Of a DNA stretch of 64,000 nt, positions 18,913 through 29,098 are shown piece by piece (the first letter of the stretch is position 1; every line of letters begins with the position of its first letter). The translations under genes and the position numbers were made by a program. The notes beneath the pieces are model-generated. The model saw nothing but the letters and a program-made list of their open reading frames with translations. It was not told the DNA's origin and did not search any database. Location: positions 62,640-126,639 of the forward strand of contig JAVVXB010000001.1 in the NCBI GenBank assembly GCA_036651815.1, written 5' to 3'. The stretch is from Clostridia bacterium (lineage in GTDB: Bacteria; Bacillota; Clostridia; Christensenellales; CAG-138).

Positions 18913-19535
18913 ACCGCATTTCGGAGACGGAGCGGCTGTGGGCGCTGACGGAAATCGACCGGAGATATTGGACGAAAGAAGGAATCGTGCTTGCCGGCAT
19001 GGATGAAGTTGGCCGCGGGCCGCTGGCAGGGCCGGTGGTGGTTGCGTGCGCCGTCATGCCGCCGGAGCCACTGATTCATTATGTAAATGATTCCAAGAAG
19101 CTTTTGGAAAAGCGGCGGGAAATGGTCTATATCGAGTTGGTGCGGACTGCATGCGCCTATGCTACGGCATGGGTCTGGCCGGTAGTGATCGATGAGATCA
19201 ATATTCTGCAGGCGACGAGGCAGGCGTTTGCAGAAGCGTTTGATCAAGTGGATGCCCCCGTAACCGATGTTTTAATTGATGCGTTGACGGGATTGGAAAT
19301 TTCTGCCCGTCAGCACCCACTGATTCATGGCGATGCGTTGTCGTATTCAATTGCTTGCGCGTCTATTCTTGCAAAGGTGCAGCGTGATCATTATATGATC
19401 GAGCAGGATGCGGTCTATCCGCAGTATGGCTTTGCCAGAAACAAAGGGTATGGTACGGCGGAACACATTGCTGCGCTGCGAAAATACGGTCCGTGTCCAT
19501 TGCATCGGAAGAGCTTTATTCGAAAATTTGCATGA
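18909..19535 (+). CDS. rnhB: Ribonuclease HII
   Basis: ATGA overlap with rbgA. AGMDEVGRGPLAGPVV and DSKKL motifs. Confidence 0.9.
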   Translation: MNRISETERLWALTEIDRRYWTKEGIVLAGMDEVGRGPLAGPVVVACAVMPPEPLIHYVNDSKKLLEKRREMVYIELVRTACAYATAWVWPVVIDEINILQATRQAFAEAFDQVDAPVTDVLIDALTGLEISARQHPLIHGDALSYSIACASILAKVQRDHYMIEQDAVYPQYGFARNKGYGTAEHIAALRKYGPCPLHRKSFIRKFA

Positions 19536-19882
19536 ATACAAAACAAATTGGCGATTATGGAGAAGAGTTGGCGTTAACGTATCTCATGGAGCGGGGATGG
19601 ATTCTGCGCGGTAGAAACGTGCGGTTCGGACACAAGGAGTTGGATCTTGTGATGCAGGACGGCGAGACGATTGTGTTCGTGGAGGTTAAAGCTCGATCCA
19701 GTGATGGCTACGGAACGCCAGCGGAATTTGTAAACATAAGAAAGCAGCGCAATTTAATTCAGGCGGCGCAGGCTTACTTGATTTATGAACATCTGACGCA
19801 TGCGTTTGCGCGCTTTGACGTTGTGGAAGTGTATCTGCCTGAGAGGCGTGTGGTACATATCCAGGGCGCGTTTTCCACATGA
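19532..19882 (+). CDS. yraN: YraN family (UPF0102) predicted endonuclease
   Basis: GDYGEELALTYLMERGWILRGRNVRFGHKELDLVMQDGETIVFVEVKARS. ATGA overlap with rnhB. Confidence 0.85.
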   Translation: MNTKQIGDYGEELALTYLMERGWILRGRNVRFGHKELDLVMQDGETIVFVEVKARSSDGYGTPAEFVNIRKQRNLIQAAQAYLIYEHLTHAFARFDVVEVYLPERRVVHIQGAFST

Positions 19883-19900
19883 AGTAAACTGTGCTATACT
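19872..19900 (+). promoter_or_regulatory. Possible extended -10 promoter for the large glycosyltransferase gene
   Basis: TGcTATACT (-10 at 19895-19900) with a weak -35, TTTCCA (19872-19877), and a 17-nt spacer. Confidence 0.35.
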
Positions 19901-19934
19901 AGTGAAATTCAATGATGGAGAAAGGATATTTTCC

Positions 19935-22900
19935 ATGCGAAAACTGTTTGCGATTGTGGCGGCAGCAGCCTGTCTGATCGTACCGGCCGCTGCGCTGGCT
20001 GAAACAACAGAGGCTTCCGGCAGCAATGAAAATTTGATTTACAATGCCGATTTTTCGGTATATACCAATTCGGCAGAGCTGCCTTCCGGCTGGGATTTGG
20101 AATCCTATTCCTTGGAGGATGCGGGTGTATTCGTCGATGTGGACGAGGATAAAGGCACCTATGTTTCCATTGAAAACTTCAATGCCAATGACACACGTGT
20201 CTGCCAGACGGTAAAAGCCCGCCCCAATACCTGCTATATGTTGACTGGGTGGGTCAAGCCAATCGATGTTTTTGGTGGCACGGGCGCAACGTTATCTATT
20301 GATAACTACAACATGGACGGTACGTATTGTTATTCGGACAATTTGCACGATACCTCCGACTGGCAGCGGCTGACGATGTATGTGCGCACCGGGCCGGAGC
20401 AGACGGAGCTTCGTGTTGCGCTACGCATCGGCGGATATGGAACCACAGCGTCCGGTGAGGCGTACTTTGCGCAGATTGCGTTGCGCGAGTGTGAGGAAGC
20501 CGGGACAATGAAGGTTATTGATCTCATGACGGAAAATGGGACGATCACCGATGTTTCGGTGGAAGAGACGACGGTGAAATTGGAGAGTCCGAATAGCTAT
20601 TTTGCGTTGATTTTGATTGCCGTGCTGCTGTGCGCTGCCTTGTTTACCTGGCTATATTTGCGCGTATTGCGATATGAAGGAAACGGGCTGAAGCTTGCCA
20701 ACGAAAACGGTAAGGGTAGTCCCACCTTACTGGCGGTGCTGCTCGTGGGTGCGTTTGTGTGTCGACTGGCGCTTTCACTGATATTCTATGGACATCCCAC
20801 CGACATCGGCTGCTTTATGGCATGGGGCGAAGCCGGACTGAACGTGGGGTTGCCCAATTTTTATACGTCGGGGATGTTTGCTGATTATCCGCCGGGATAT
20901 ATGTATATCTGCACCGCACTTTCTGGAATGTGCCGGCTGCTGGGCATTTCCTATGGCAGCACAGGCATGGCATTTCTATTCAAACTGCCAGCAACTCTTG
21001 CAGATTTAGGCAGCGCGTATCTGGTCTATCGCATTGCACGCAAAAGCAACGGATCGGAAGCGTTCTCGCTGATACTTGCCGGGCTCTTGGCGTTTAATCC
21101 GGTACTGATGTTCGTTTCCGGCGCTTGGGGACAGATTGATACGGTATTGACGCTCCTGTTGGTTTTGACCTGTTATCTCTTGCAGAAGGATAAACGAATT
21201 TTTGCGGGCGCAATCTATGGACTTGCGATTCTGATGAAACCGCAGGCATTGATGCTTGGGCCGCTGCTTGCGGTTGCGTTCATTGCGGATATCTTCGGGG
21301 AAAATTGGAAGAAAAAGCTGTTGCATACCGTGCTGGCGGTGTTGGCGGCATTGGCGGTGCTGGTGGTGCTCTCGCTACCGTTTACGGGCAATCAACCCTG
21401 GTATTGGTTGATTAAAAAATATGGGGAGACGGCGACTTCATACCAATATGCTTCCATTGAGGCGTTCAATTTTCCTGCACTCATCGGCGGCAACTGGCGT
21501 AAGATTGAAAACGTTTCGTTGCTGGGCATTCCCTATGCGACCGTTGGCGTGTGCTGCATTATGTTGGCGGTGGGTTTCTCAGTGTTTCTTTACTTGCGCG
21601 GCTATCGTAAAAATCAGGGCGTGGTATATCTTTGCGGCGCAGTGATGATACTGCTCATCTTCACCTTTGGCCACTATATGCACGAGCGGTATATGATACC
21701 CGTGATTATGCTGCTGCTAATGGCCTATCTCTATCTGAAAGACCGGCGGCTGCTGATTGCCTTCGGCGGCGTCAGCATCTCCGCGCTGCTCAATGTGCTC
21801 TGTGCGATGTATGTCGTTGGCAATCAAGCGGCGCGCGGCCCGCTCTACCTCGGCATTACGGCCGTTGGCTCGGCGCTGGAGATCTTTTCCTGCGGATATC
21901 TGGTCTATATTGCGATTCGTATTGTGCTGAATGGCCAGATTCTGCCGACGCTGTCCACTCCCGAAAAAACGCAAGAGCAGATTGCGGCGGCGCAGGCTGA
22001 GAAGGTGGAGCCGTTGCTGCCACTGAAACCAACGGATAACAAGTTGTGCATGACAAAACGGGACTGTTGGTATGTGCTGGGGATCACCCTTCTCTATGGC
22101 GTTATTGCGCTGATGAATCTCGGTTCGCTGAAATCGCCGGAAAGCTATTGGGAGGCAACAAAGCCCGGAGAGCAAGTAACCGTACGTTTTGCGCAAGCTG
22201 AACATGTGACCGGATACTGGATAAACGGCAACATTCGAACGGGCGGCACGTTGCTTGTGCAGGCGGACGAATATGAGTCCACGTTTGAACAGACCTATGA
22301 TGATATGTTCCGCTGGAAACCAGTTAGCGTAGATTTCGTCTCCGATAGTGTGACGCTGACGCTCTATTCCGGTACGCTCAAGCTGAATGAGATTGCGTTT
22401 TTTGGCGACAACGGCAAACTATTGCCGGTAACCGTTACGAGCACAGGTGCATCCGATGCGGCGTTGTTTGATGAGCAGGACACCGTGCCGGAGATTCCCA
22501 GCTATGAAAACGGTATGTATTTTGACGAGCTTTATCATGGCCGCACCGCATATGAGCATCTGCATAATCTAAAGCCGTTTGAAAACTCGCACCCGCCGCT
22601 CGGCAAAATCTTCATCATGCTGGGTGTGGCGGTGTTTGGCATGAATCCCTTTGGCTGGCGCGTGGTAGGGGCGCTGTTTGGCATCGCTATGCTACCGGTG
22701 TTCTACGCATTTGGCAAGCGAGTATTTAAAAATTCTAATTATGCGCTGCTTGCAACCACGTTGTTTGCGTTTGATTTTATGCATTTTACACAAACGCGGA
22801 TTGCAACCATCGACGTATATGCTGTGTTTTTCATTCTGCTGATGTACTACTATATGCTAGAGTACGTCACGATGAATTTCTTTGTGGACGGATTGAAGAA

Positions 22901-23786
22901 GACCCTCAAGCCATTGTTTTTGGCCGGGCTGTTCTTTGGCATCGGTGCCGCGTGCAAATGGACGTGCATCTATGCGGGCGGAGGGCTTGCGGTTCTACTG
23001 TTTGGCTCTCTTGTGGCACGGTATTTCGAGTATACGCGGGTTAGACAATCCGGTACGGCGGCGCAGAAAAAACAGGTTGCGCCATATTGGAAATATGTGG
23101 AACAAACGCTGTTGATCTGCTGTGTCTTCTATATTGTAATTCCGTTTACGATTTACTTTTTGTCCTACGTGCCATATTTTATCTATGAGGCCGGACAGAT
23201 GCCGGACTATGGGATTGCGGATGCGGGGAACACTTGGTGGAAGTATCAAACCTTCATGTATAATTATCATAGCAATCTGCAGGCTACGCATCCTTACCAG
23301 TCTGTGTGGTATCAATGGCCGTTTACGACCAAGCCCATGTGGTATTATTTCAATAGCTACAGCGGCGGAAAATTTGTCTCAACGATGAGCGCATCCGGCA
23401 ACCCGGCCGTGTGGTGGATTTGTTCTGTGGGCACGGTGATTCTGCTGGTACAGCGGCTTGCAAAGCGGATTAAGCCGGATCGTGCGCTGCAGATCATCTG
23501 CGTGGGTGTGCTGGCCAACTACCTGCCATGGGTGCTTGTCACCCGCTGTACGTTCATCTATCATTTTTTTGCAACCGTACCCTTCCTGATTCTCGCTGCG
23601 GTCTATGCGCTGCAACGAGTGGAAGAGCGCGACAAAGGATGTGTGTTTGTCAAGTGGGTCTGGATTGGGTTGACACTACTATTTTTTGTTCTACTCTATC
23701 CGGGACTATCTGGACAGCCCGTATCGCCGGGGTGGGCGGCGTTTCTTCATAATTTACCGGGAGGGACATTGATGTATGGCGCTTAA
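19935..23786 (+). CDS. Large exported/membrane glycosyltransferase: signal peptide, jelly-roll carbohydrate-binding-like domain, GT-C-like module 1, soluble beta-rich domain, PMT/GT39-like GT-C module 2
   Basis: ATG 19935 with SD GGAGAAAGGA. Signal peptide MRKLFAIVAAAACLIVPAAALA. Two polytopic blocks: the first has HPTDIGCFMAWGEAG and ADYPPGYMY, the second starts YFDELYHGRTAYEHL..HPPLGK (PMT-type loop-1 DE motif) and ends with a PMT C-terminal-like 4-TM region. Confidence 0.75.
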   Translation: MRKLFAIVAAAACLIVPAAALAETTEASGSNENLIYNADFSVYTNSAELPSGWDLESYSLEDAGVFVDVDEDKGTYVSIENFNANDTRVCQTVKARPNTCYMLTGWVKPIDVFGGTGATLSIDNYNMDGTYCYSDNLHDTSDWQRLTMYVRTGPEQTELRVALRIGGYGTTASGEAYFAQIALRECEEAGTMKVIDLMTENGTITDVSVEETTVKLESPNSYFALILIAVLLCAALFTWLYLRVLRYEGNGLKLANENGKGSPTLLAVLLVGAFVCRLALSLIFYGHPTDIGCFMAWGEAGLNVGLPNFYTSGMFADYPPGYMYICTALSGMCRLLGISYGSTGMAFLFKLPATLADLGSAYLVYRIARKSNGSEAFSLILAGLLAFNPVLMFVSGAWGQIDTVLTLLLVLTCYLLQKDKRIFAGAIYGLAILMKPQALMLGPLLAVAFIADIFGENWKKKLLHTVLAVLAALAVLVVLSLPFTGNQPWYWLIKKYGETATSYQYASIEAFNFPALIGGNWRKIENVSLLGIPYATVGVCCIMLAVGFSVFLYLRGYRKNQGVVYLCGAVMILLIFTFGHYMHERYMIPVIMLLLMAYLYLKDRRLLIAFGGVSISALLNVLCAMYVVGNQAARGPLYLGITAVGSALEIFSCGYLVYIAIRIVLNGQILPTLSTPEKTQEQIAAAQAEKVEPLLPLKPTDNKLCMTKRDCWYVLGITLLYGVIALMNLGSLKSPESYWEATKPGEQVTVRFAQAEHVTGYWINGNIRTGGTLLVQADEYESTFEQTYDDMFRWKPVSVDFVSDSVTLTLYSGTLKLNEIAFFGDNGKLLPVTVTSTGASDAALFDEQDTVPEIPSYENGMYFDELYHGRTAYEHLHNLKPFENSHPPLGKIFIMLGVAVFGMNPFGWRVVGALFGIAMLPVFYAFGKRVFKNSNYALLATTLFAFDFMHFTQTRIATIDVYAVFFILLMYYYMLEYVTMNFFVDGLKKTLKPLFLAGLFFGIGAACKWTCIYAGGGLAVLLFGSLVARYFEYTRVRQSGTAAQKKQVAPYWKYVEQTLLICCVFYIVIPFTIYFLSYVPYFIYEAGQMPDYGIADAGNTWWKYQTFMYNYHSNLQATHPYQSVWYQWPFTTKPMWYYFNSYSGGKFVSTMSASGNPAVWWICSVGTVILLVQRLAKRIKPDRALQIICVGVLANYLPWVLVTRCTFIYHFFATVPFLILAAVYALQRVEERDKGCVFVKWVWIGLTLLFFVLLYPGLSGQPVSPGWAAFLHNLPGGTLMYGA

Positions 23787-24243
23787 AAAATCAGACGAAG
23801 GCAAGAAGACCTTCATTCAGTTCATTCAATTCAATATTGTGGGCGTACTGAATACGCTGGTGGATTTTCTGGTGTTCCAGGCGCTCAACCTGCTGCTTGG
23901 GTGGACGTATGTTGCGCAGGTCATCAGCTATAGCTGCGGCATCATTAATAGTTATCTCTGGAACAGCAACTGGACGTTTAAGGAGCAACGGACGCGTTCT
24001 CTGCGGGAAATGCTGTTGTTTCTCGTGGTGAATGTCATCTCGTTGGGGGTGTCGCTTGGAGTTATCTGGCTGTGCAAAAACGTGTTTGGTGTGACGGATG
24101 CATGGGTGAGCGGCTGGATTCCAGCGTGGCTTGCTGGCTTTATCAAGGGGGACACGGTCTGCAAGTTGATTGCAACACCATGCGCCATCGTGGTCAATTA
24201 CCTTGGCAACCGGCTGTTTGTCTTTCGCAAAAAACAGGTGTAG
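23776..24243 (+). CDS. GtrA family membrane protein
   Basis: 155 aa with four predicted TM helices. FIQFNIVGVLNTLVDFLVF and NYLGNRLFVFR are typical GtrA termini. It overlaps the upstream gene by 11 nt. Confidence 0.85.
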   Translation: MALKKSDEGKKTFIQFIQFNIVGVLNTLVDFLVFQALNLLLGWTYVAQVISYSCGIINSYLWNSNWTFKEQRTRSLREMLLFLVVNVISLGVSLGVIWLCKNVFGVTDAWVSGWIPAWLAGFIKGDTVCKLIATPCAIVVNYLGNRLFVFRKKQV

Positions 24244-24275
24244 CGGCAATATCGTCAGCAAGGGGGATTTTCCGC

Positions 24276-25802
24276 ATGCTTTTTCACGTGAAAAGCCATG
24301 GTTTAAATGGGATAGGCGGCTATGCCGTTCAGGTGGAAACCGATATTGGCAGCGGGTTGCCGGCCTATGAAACCGTCGGATTGCCGGATACCGCCGTTAA
24401 GGAATCGCGTGAGCGTGTACGTGCAGCCATCAAAAACAGTGGGCTGACATTTCCAACCGCCCGAATTACGGTCAATTTGGCACCGGCGGATATGCGCAAG
24501 GAAGGCGCCGTGTACGATTTGCCCATCGCATTATCCATTCTCGCCGCATCGGGTCAGATGGGGGAAATGCCTTCGCTGAATGCTGTGGTGCTTGGCGAAC
24601 TGGGACTTGATGGCAGTGTACGCCCCATCGCTGGCGTGCTGCCTATGGTCATCGATGCGCATGCGCAGGGGGAACATACGTTTGCTGTACCCTTTGAGAA
24701 TGCCGAGGAGGCGGGATGCATTCCAGATGTGACGATTTTGCCAGTACGGAGTCTGCGGGCGCTTGTTGAACATTTGAATGGAACAAAGCGAATCATTCCA
24801 TTCCCTACGCAGCAATGGCAGGTGGATACACTGGTTTTCGGTAGCGATTTTGCTGAGATCAAGGGACAGCAGGGAGCAAAGCGTGCCGCGGAAATTGCGG
24901 TGGCGGGCGGCCACAATCTATTGCTGATCGGCACGCCCGGCTCGGGGAAAACGATGCTTGCCCGCAGCATTCCTTCCATTATGCCGGAGCTTACATACGA
25001 AGAATCTTTGGAGATTACAAAAATTCATTCCATTGTTGGGGCAGTTAAGGGCGGTGGCATGCGCAGGGAACGCCCATTTCGCGCACCGCATCACGGTGCG
25101 TCCGCTGCGGCGATGGTAGGCGGCGGGACCAAAGCGCTACCGGGTGAGATCAGCCTCGCACACTATGGCATACTGTTTCTTGACGAGCTGCCGGAGTTTC
25201 AGCACAATGTGTTGGAGGCATTGCGTCAACCGCTGGAGGATGGATTCATCACGGTCAGCCGGGCTGCGGTCAGCGCTACGTATCCGGCCGAGTTCGTTCT
25301 GATTGCGGCGATGAATCCATGCCCCTGCGGCAACTTCGGTTCGCGTATTCATCCATGCCGGTGTACGCCATCTCAAGTGGCGCGTTATCGCAGCCGCATT
25401 TCAGGCCCGTTACTGGATCGCATCGATATTCAGGTGGAGATGCCAGAGGTTGGCTATGCAGAATTGTCCGACAAAAGCAGCGGCGAGTCCTCCTGCGCCA
25501 TTCGTGCCCGCGTCAATCGTGCCCGGCAGATGCAGCGTGTTCGCTTTACCAACGATGGTATTCTGACAAATGCACAGATGCATACGCCGCTCATCAAGCG
25601 CTACTGCACACCGGATCCGAAGTCCGAGCAACTGCTGCGCCGTGCCTATGCGGAACTTCAGCTTTCCGCACGAGCCTACCAGCGCATTTTGAAGGTCGCC
25701 CGCACCATTGCGGATGTCGAGGGGTGTGAGACGATTCTTTTGCAGCATTATGCCGAGGCCATTCAATATCGCAGTCTAGATACCTATGATCGGGGGATGT
25801 GA
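24276..25802 (+). CDS. comM: YifB/ComM family Mg-chelatase-like AAA+ ATPase
   Basis: MLFHVKSHGLNGIGGYAVQVETDI...GLPDTAVKESRERV, Walker A GTPGSGKT, FLDELPEF, and the CPCG...C.C zinc motif. Confidence 0.9.
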   Translation: MLFHVKSHGLNGIGGYAVQVETDIGSGLPAYETVGLPDTAVKESRERVRAAIKNSGLTFPTARITVNLAPADMRKEGAVYDLPIALSILAASGQMGEMPSLNAVVLGELGLDGSVRPIAGVLPMVIDAHAQGEHTFAVPFENAEEAGCIPDVTILPVRSLRALVEHLNGTKRIIPFPTQQWQVDTLVFGSDFAEIKGQQGAKRAAEIAVAGGHNLLLIGTPGSGKTMLARSIPSIMPELTYEESLEITKIHSIVGAVKGGGMRRERPFRAPHHGASAAAMVGGGTKALPGEISLAHYGILFLDELPEFQHNVLEALRQPLEDGFITVSRAAVSATYPAEFVLIAAMNPCPCGNFGSRIHPCRCTPSQVARYRSRISGPLLDRIDIQVEMPEVGYAELSDKSSGESSCAIRARVNRARQMQRVRFTNDGILTNAQMHTPLIKRYCTPDPKSEQLLRRAYAELQLSARAYQRILKVARTIADVEGCETILLQHYAEAIQYRSLDTYDRGM

Positions 25803-25808
25803 AGATTG

Positions 25809-26951
25809 ATGTGTGAAATCGATGAATGGGAACGGCTGCATCTTTGGCTGGGCTATGGCACAGAGCATTTTGTGCGCTGCTTTACAAGAACACTGTCGCG
25901 CTTTCCCGACTTAAACGAAGCGTTCGCCCTTGCCAAACAGCATAATAAAGCGGCATTCAGCTTTTTGCCGGAACGGTGTGCCAGAAGGTTAATGGAAGCG
26001 GCATCGGATGGTTTTATGGAACGCTATCTCGAGAAGCTGATTCGCAGCGAAATTCATTTTGTGATGCCGTTTCACGAGACATATCCTGTGCTACTCAAAC
26101 AGATTCATGACTACCCGCATGTGCTGTACTATAAAGGAAAGCTGAGGCATGATCCGGCGCTGCCCATCGCGGTGATTGGAAGCCGCGCAGCAACCGATTA
26201 CGGCCGGGATATTGCGAAACTGTTTTCCTATGCATTTGTTCAGGCGGGTGCGACGGTGATTTCCGGCATGGCCAGCGGTGTGGATTCCATGGCTGCTCGA
26301 GGTGCAATGGATTGTGCGGCGGCAGCTGATCCGACCGTTGCGGTGCTTGGGACCGGTGTGGACATCGTCTATCCGCCTGAGAACGGGCGGTTGTACGCAG
26401 AGATCGTTGAACGTGGCGCGGTTGTATCGGAGTTTTTGCCCGGCACAGAGCCAAAACGTGAGTATTTTCCCATCCGCAACCGCATTATGAGTGGACTTTC
26501 CCGCGGTGTTCTGGTTGTGGAGGCGGGGGAACGCAGCGGGACATCCATCACGGTCGGCTATGCGCACGACGAGGGCCGCGAGGTGTTTGCAATTCCCGGC
26601 CGCATAACGGATGTGAAGAGCGTGGGTACAAACCGGTTAATCCAGCGCGGGGAGGCAAAGCCCGTGTTTTGCGTGGTGGATGTGCTGAGCGAGTTTCAGT
26701 GTGAAAGTGTTACAAACTTTGATCAAACATGCGTGGCCAACGATGTGGTGGCGGGTCTTTCCGATGAAGAAAGAAGCATCGTCAATGTGCTGCAAGCCGG
26801 CGAAAAGAGCTTTGATGAACTGAGCGAAATGCTGTCATACCCACCGGGACTGTTAAACTCTTACTTGACAGCCTTGCAGTTTTCAGGAATAATGAAGCAG
26901 TTGCCGGGTAGAATCTATGCGCTTGGCATCACATATACAAAGAAGTTTTAA
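25809..26951 (+). CDS. dprA: DNA processing protein DprA (Smf)
   Basis: IAVIGSRAATDYG...GMASGVDSMAARGA...VLGTGVDIVYPPEN...FPIRNRIMSGLS Rossmann-like DprA core, plus a C-terminal winged-helix-like tail. Confidence 0.9.
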   Translation: MCEIDEWERLHLWLGYGTEHFVRCFTRTLSRFPDLNEAFALAKQHNKAAFSFLPERCARRLMEAASDGFMERYLEKLIRSEIHFVMPFHETYPVLLKQIHDYPHVLYYKGKLRHDPALPIAVIGSRAATDYGRDIAKLFSYAFVQAGATVISGMASGVDSMAARGAMDCAAAADPTVAVLGTGVDIVYPPENGRLYAEIVERGAVVSEFLPGTEPKREYFPIRNRIMSGLSRGVLVVEAGERSGTSITVGYAHDEGREVFAIPGRITDVKSVGTNRLIQRGEAKPVFCVVDVLSEFQCESVTNFDQTCVANDVVAGLSDEERSIVNVLQAGEKSFDELSEMLSYPPGLLNSYLTALQFSGIMKQLPGRIYALGITYTKKF

Positions 26952-26977
26952 TCTACGCGCCCGGAGGATAACAAATA

Positions 26978-29098
26978 ATGTCAGATACACTTGTGATCGT
27001 GGAGTCGCCTGCGAAGGCGAAAACGATCGGGAAGTTTTTAGGAAGTAAATATAAGGTTATTGCGTCGAACGGTCACGTACGCGATCTGCCCAAGAGCCAG
27101 ATCGGCGTGGATACCGAGCATGATTTTACGCCGAAGTACATCACGCTGCGTGGACGGGGTGATGTATTGGATCGCATTCGCAAGGAAGGCAAGGCCGCCG
27201 AAAAGATTTATCTCGCAACCGACCCTGATCGCGAGGGAGAAGCGATCAGTTGGCATCTTGCTAAGGTGCTGAAACTTGACGAAAATAGCAAATGCCGCAT
27301 TGAATTCAACGAGATTACAGCAACGGCCATCAAAAATTCAATTAAAGGCGTTCGTCCCATCGATATGCGCCTGGTTAACGCACAGCAGGCGAGGCGGATA
27401 CTGGATCGGCTTGTGGGTTACAAAATCAGCCCGATCCTTTGGAAAAAAATTCGAAAAGGTCTATCTGCTGGCCGCGTGCAGTCGGTTGCAACCCGCATTA
27501 TCTGTGACCGTGAAGAGGAAATTAATGATTTCATAGCTGAGGAATACTGGGTGGTCGCTGCGCAACTATCGGAAAAAAGCAGCAAAAAGGTATTTGAAGC
27601 CAAGTACTATGGTGAGAATGGTAAGAAACAGGAGCTGCATTCTGAAGGTGATACAAAACGCGTACTCGAGGCCATCGACGGGGTGGGCTTTGTTGTAATC
27701 GATGTTAAAAACGGTGAAAAGACACGCCATGCCGCAGCACCTTTTACAACGAGTTCCTTGCAGCAGGAAGCTTCCCGTAAGCTTGGTTTCACCACGAAAC
27801 GCACGATGATGGTTGCCCAACAACTCTACGAAGGCATCGAGATTGGGAAGAAAGGCGCTGTTGGCCTCATCTCTTATATTCGTACCGATTCTGTGCGTGT
27901 GGCAAAGGAAGCACAGGACGCCACGTTGGCATACATCGGGAATCGTTTTGGAGAAAAGTATTTGCCGGAATCGCCTAATATCTATAAGGGTCGCGCCGGC
28001 GCACAGGATGCGCATGAAGCGATTCGCCCCACCTATATCGAAAATGAACCTTCTGCGATCAAGGCGTTTTTAAGCAACGACCAGTACCGGCTCTACAAAC
28101 TCATCTATGAACGTTTTCTGGCCAGCCAGATGCGCGATGCACGGTTTGCGACCGCTGGTGTAACGTTCGATGCCAATGGGATGACCTTCAAGTCCAACGG
28201 TATCCGCACGCTGTTCGATGGATTTACGGTGGTCTACACCGAAGGGCGCGATGATGTACAGGAGAAGGAAGTCACGCTGCCGGAGCTGAAAAACGGAGAT
28301 GCATGCAAGGCCGTCAAAATCGACAGTGATCAGCGGTTCACACAGCCGCCTCCACGCTTTACGGAAGCAACGCTCGTTAAAATTCTGGAGGAAAAGGGTA
28401 TCGGCAGACCGAGTACCTATTCACCTACAATTTCCACCATTGTGGATCGTGGCTATATTGCACGCGAAAAGAAGCAACTGATGCCCACGGAGCTTGGTAT
28501 TGTGGTCAACAAGCTTATGAAGGAAAATTTCGAACAGATTGTGGATGTCAAGTTCACGGCCGGCATGGAAGAAAAACTGGATGGTGTTGAAAACGGCAAT
28601 GATGACTGGGTCAGCCTGCTTGCGGAATTTTATGGCCCTTTTCAGGAGACGGTGGAGAAGGCCGAGAAGGACATCGTACATGTCGATATGCCGGACGAGG
28701 TTTCCGATGTGCAGTGCGAGAAGTGCGGCGCTATGATGGTGTATAAGACGGGACGCTTCGGCAAGTTTCTCGCCTGCCCCAATTTTCCAAATTGTCGCAA
28801 TACCAAAGCCATCATTGAGAAAATCGACGTGCCCTGTCCCAAGTGCGGCGCGGCGCTCATCAAGCGCAAGAGTAAAAAGGGCAAGGCTTTCTATGGCTGC
28901 GAAAAATATCCGGAGTGTGATTTTGTCAGTTGGGATAAACCAACCACCATGGCCTGCCCCAAATGTAACGGCATGATGGTGCAAAAGATTGGGCAGAACG
29001 GCAGCTATATTACCTGCATGGATAAAGCCTGCGGCTATATACACCGCAATGTCAAGAAGAGCAAGGAAGAAGAAGCGGAGCATGAATCAGAATCATAA
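26978..29098 (+). CDS. topA: DNA topoisomerase I
   Basis: LVIVESPAKAKTIGKFLG Toprim start, an active-site region (SYIRTDS) and three C-terminal CxxC zinc ribbons. Confidence 0.97.
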   Translation: MSDTLVIVESPAKAKTIGKFLGSKYKVIASNGHVRDLPKSQIGVDTEHDFTPKYITLRGRGDVLDRIRKEGKAAEKIYLATDPDREGEAISWHLAKVLKLDENSKCRIEFNEITATAIKNSIKGVRPIDMRLVNAQQARRILDRLVGYKISPILWKKIRKGLSAGRVQSVATRIICDREEEINDFIAEEYWVVAAQLSEKSSKKVFEAKYYGENGKKQELHSEGDTKRVLEAIDGVGFVVIDVKNGEKTRHAAAPFTTSSLQQEASRKLGFTTKRTMMVAQQLYEGIEIGKKGAVGLISYIRTDSVRVAKEAQDATLAYIGNRFGEKYLPESPNIYKGRAGAQDAHEAIRPTYIENEPSAIKAFLSNDQYRLYKLIYERFLASQMRDARFATAGVTFDANGMTFKSNGIRTLFDGFTVVYTEGRDDVQEKEVTLPELKNGDACKAVKIDSDQRFTQPPPRFTEATLVKILEEKGIGRPSTYSPTISTIVDRGYIAREKKQLMPTELGIVVNKLMKENFEQIVDVKFTAGMEEKLDGVENGNDDWVSLLAEFYGPFQETVEKAEKDIVHVDMPDEVSDVQCEKCGAMMVYKTGRFGKFLACPNFPNCRNTKAIIEKIDVPCPKCGAALIKRKSKKGKAFYGCEKYPECDFVSWDKPTTMACPKCNGMMVQKIGQNGSYITCMDKACGYIHRNVKKSKEEEAEHESES

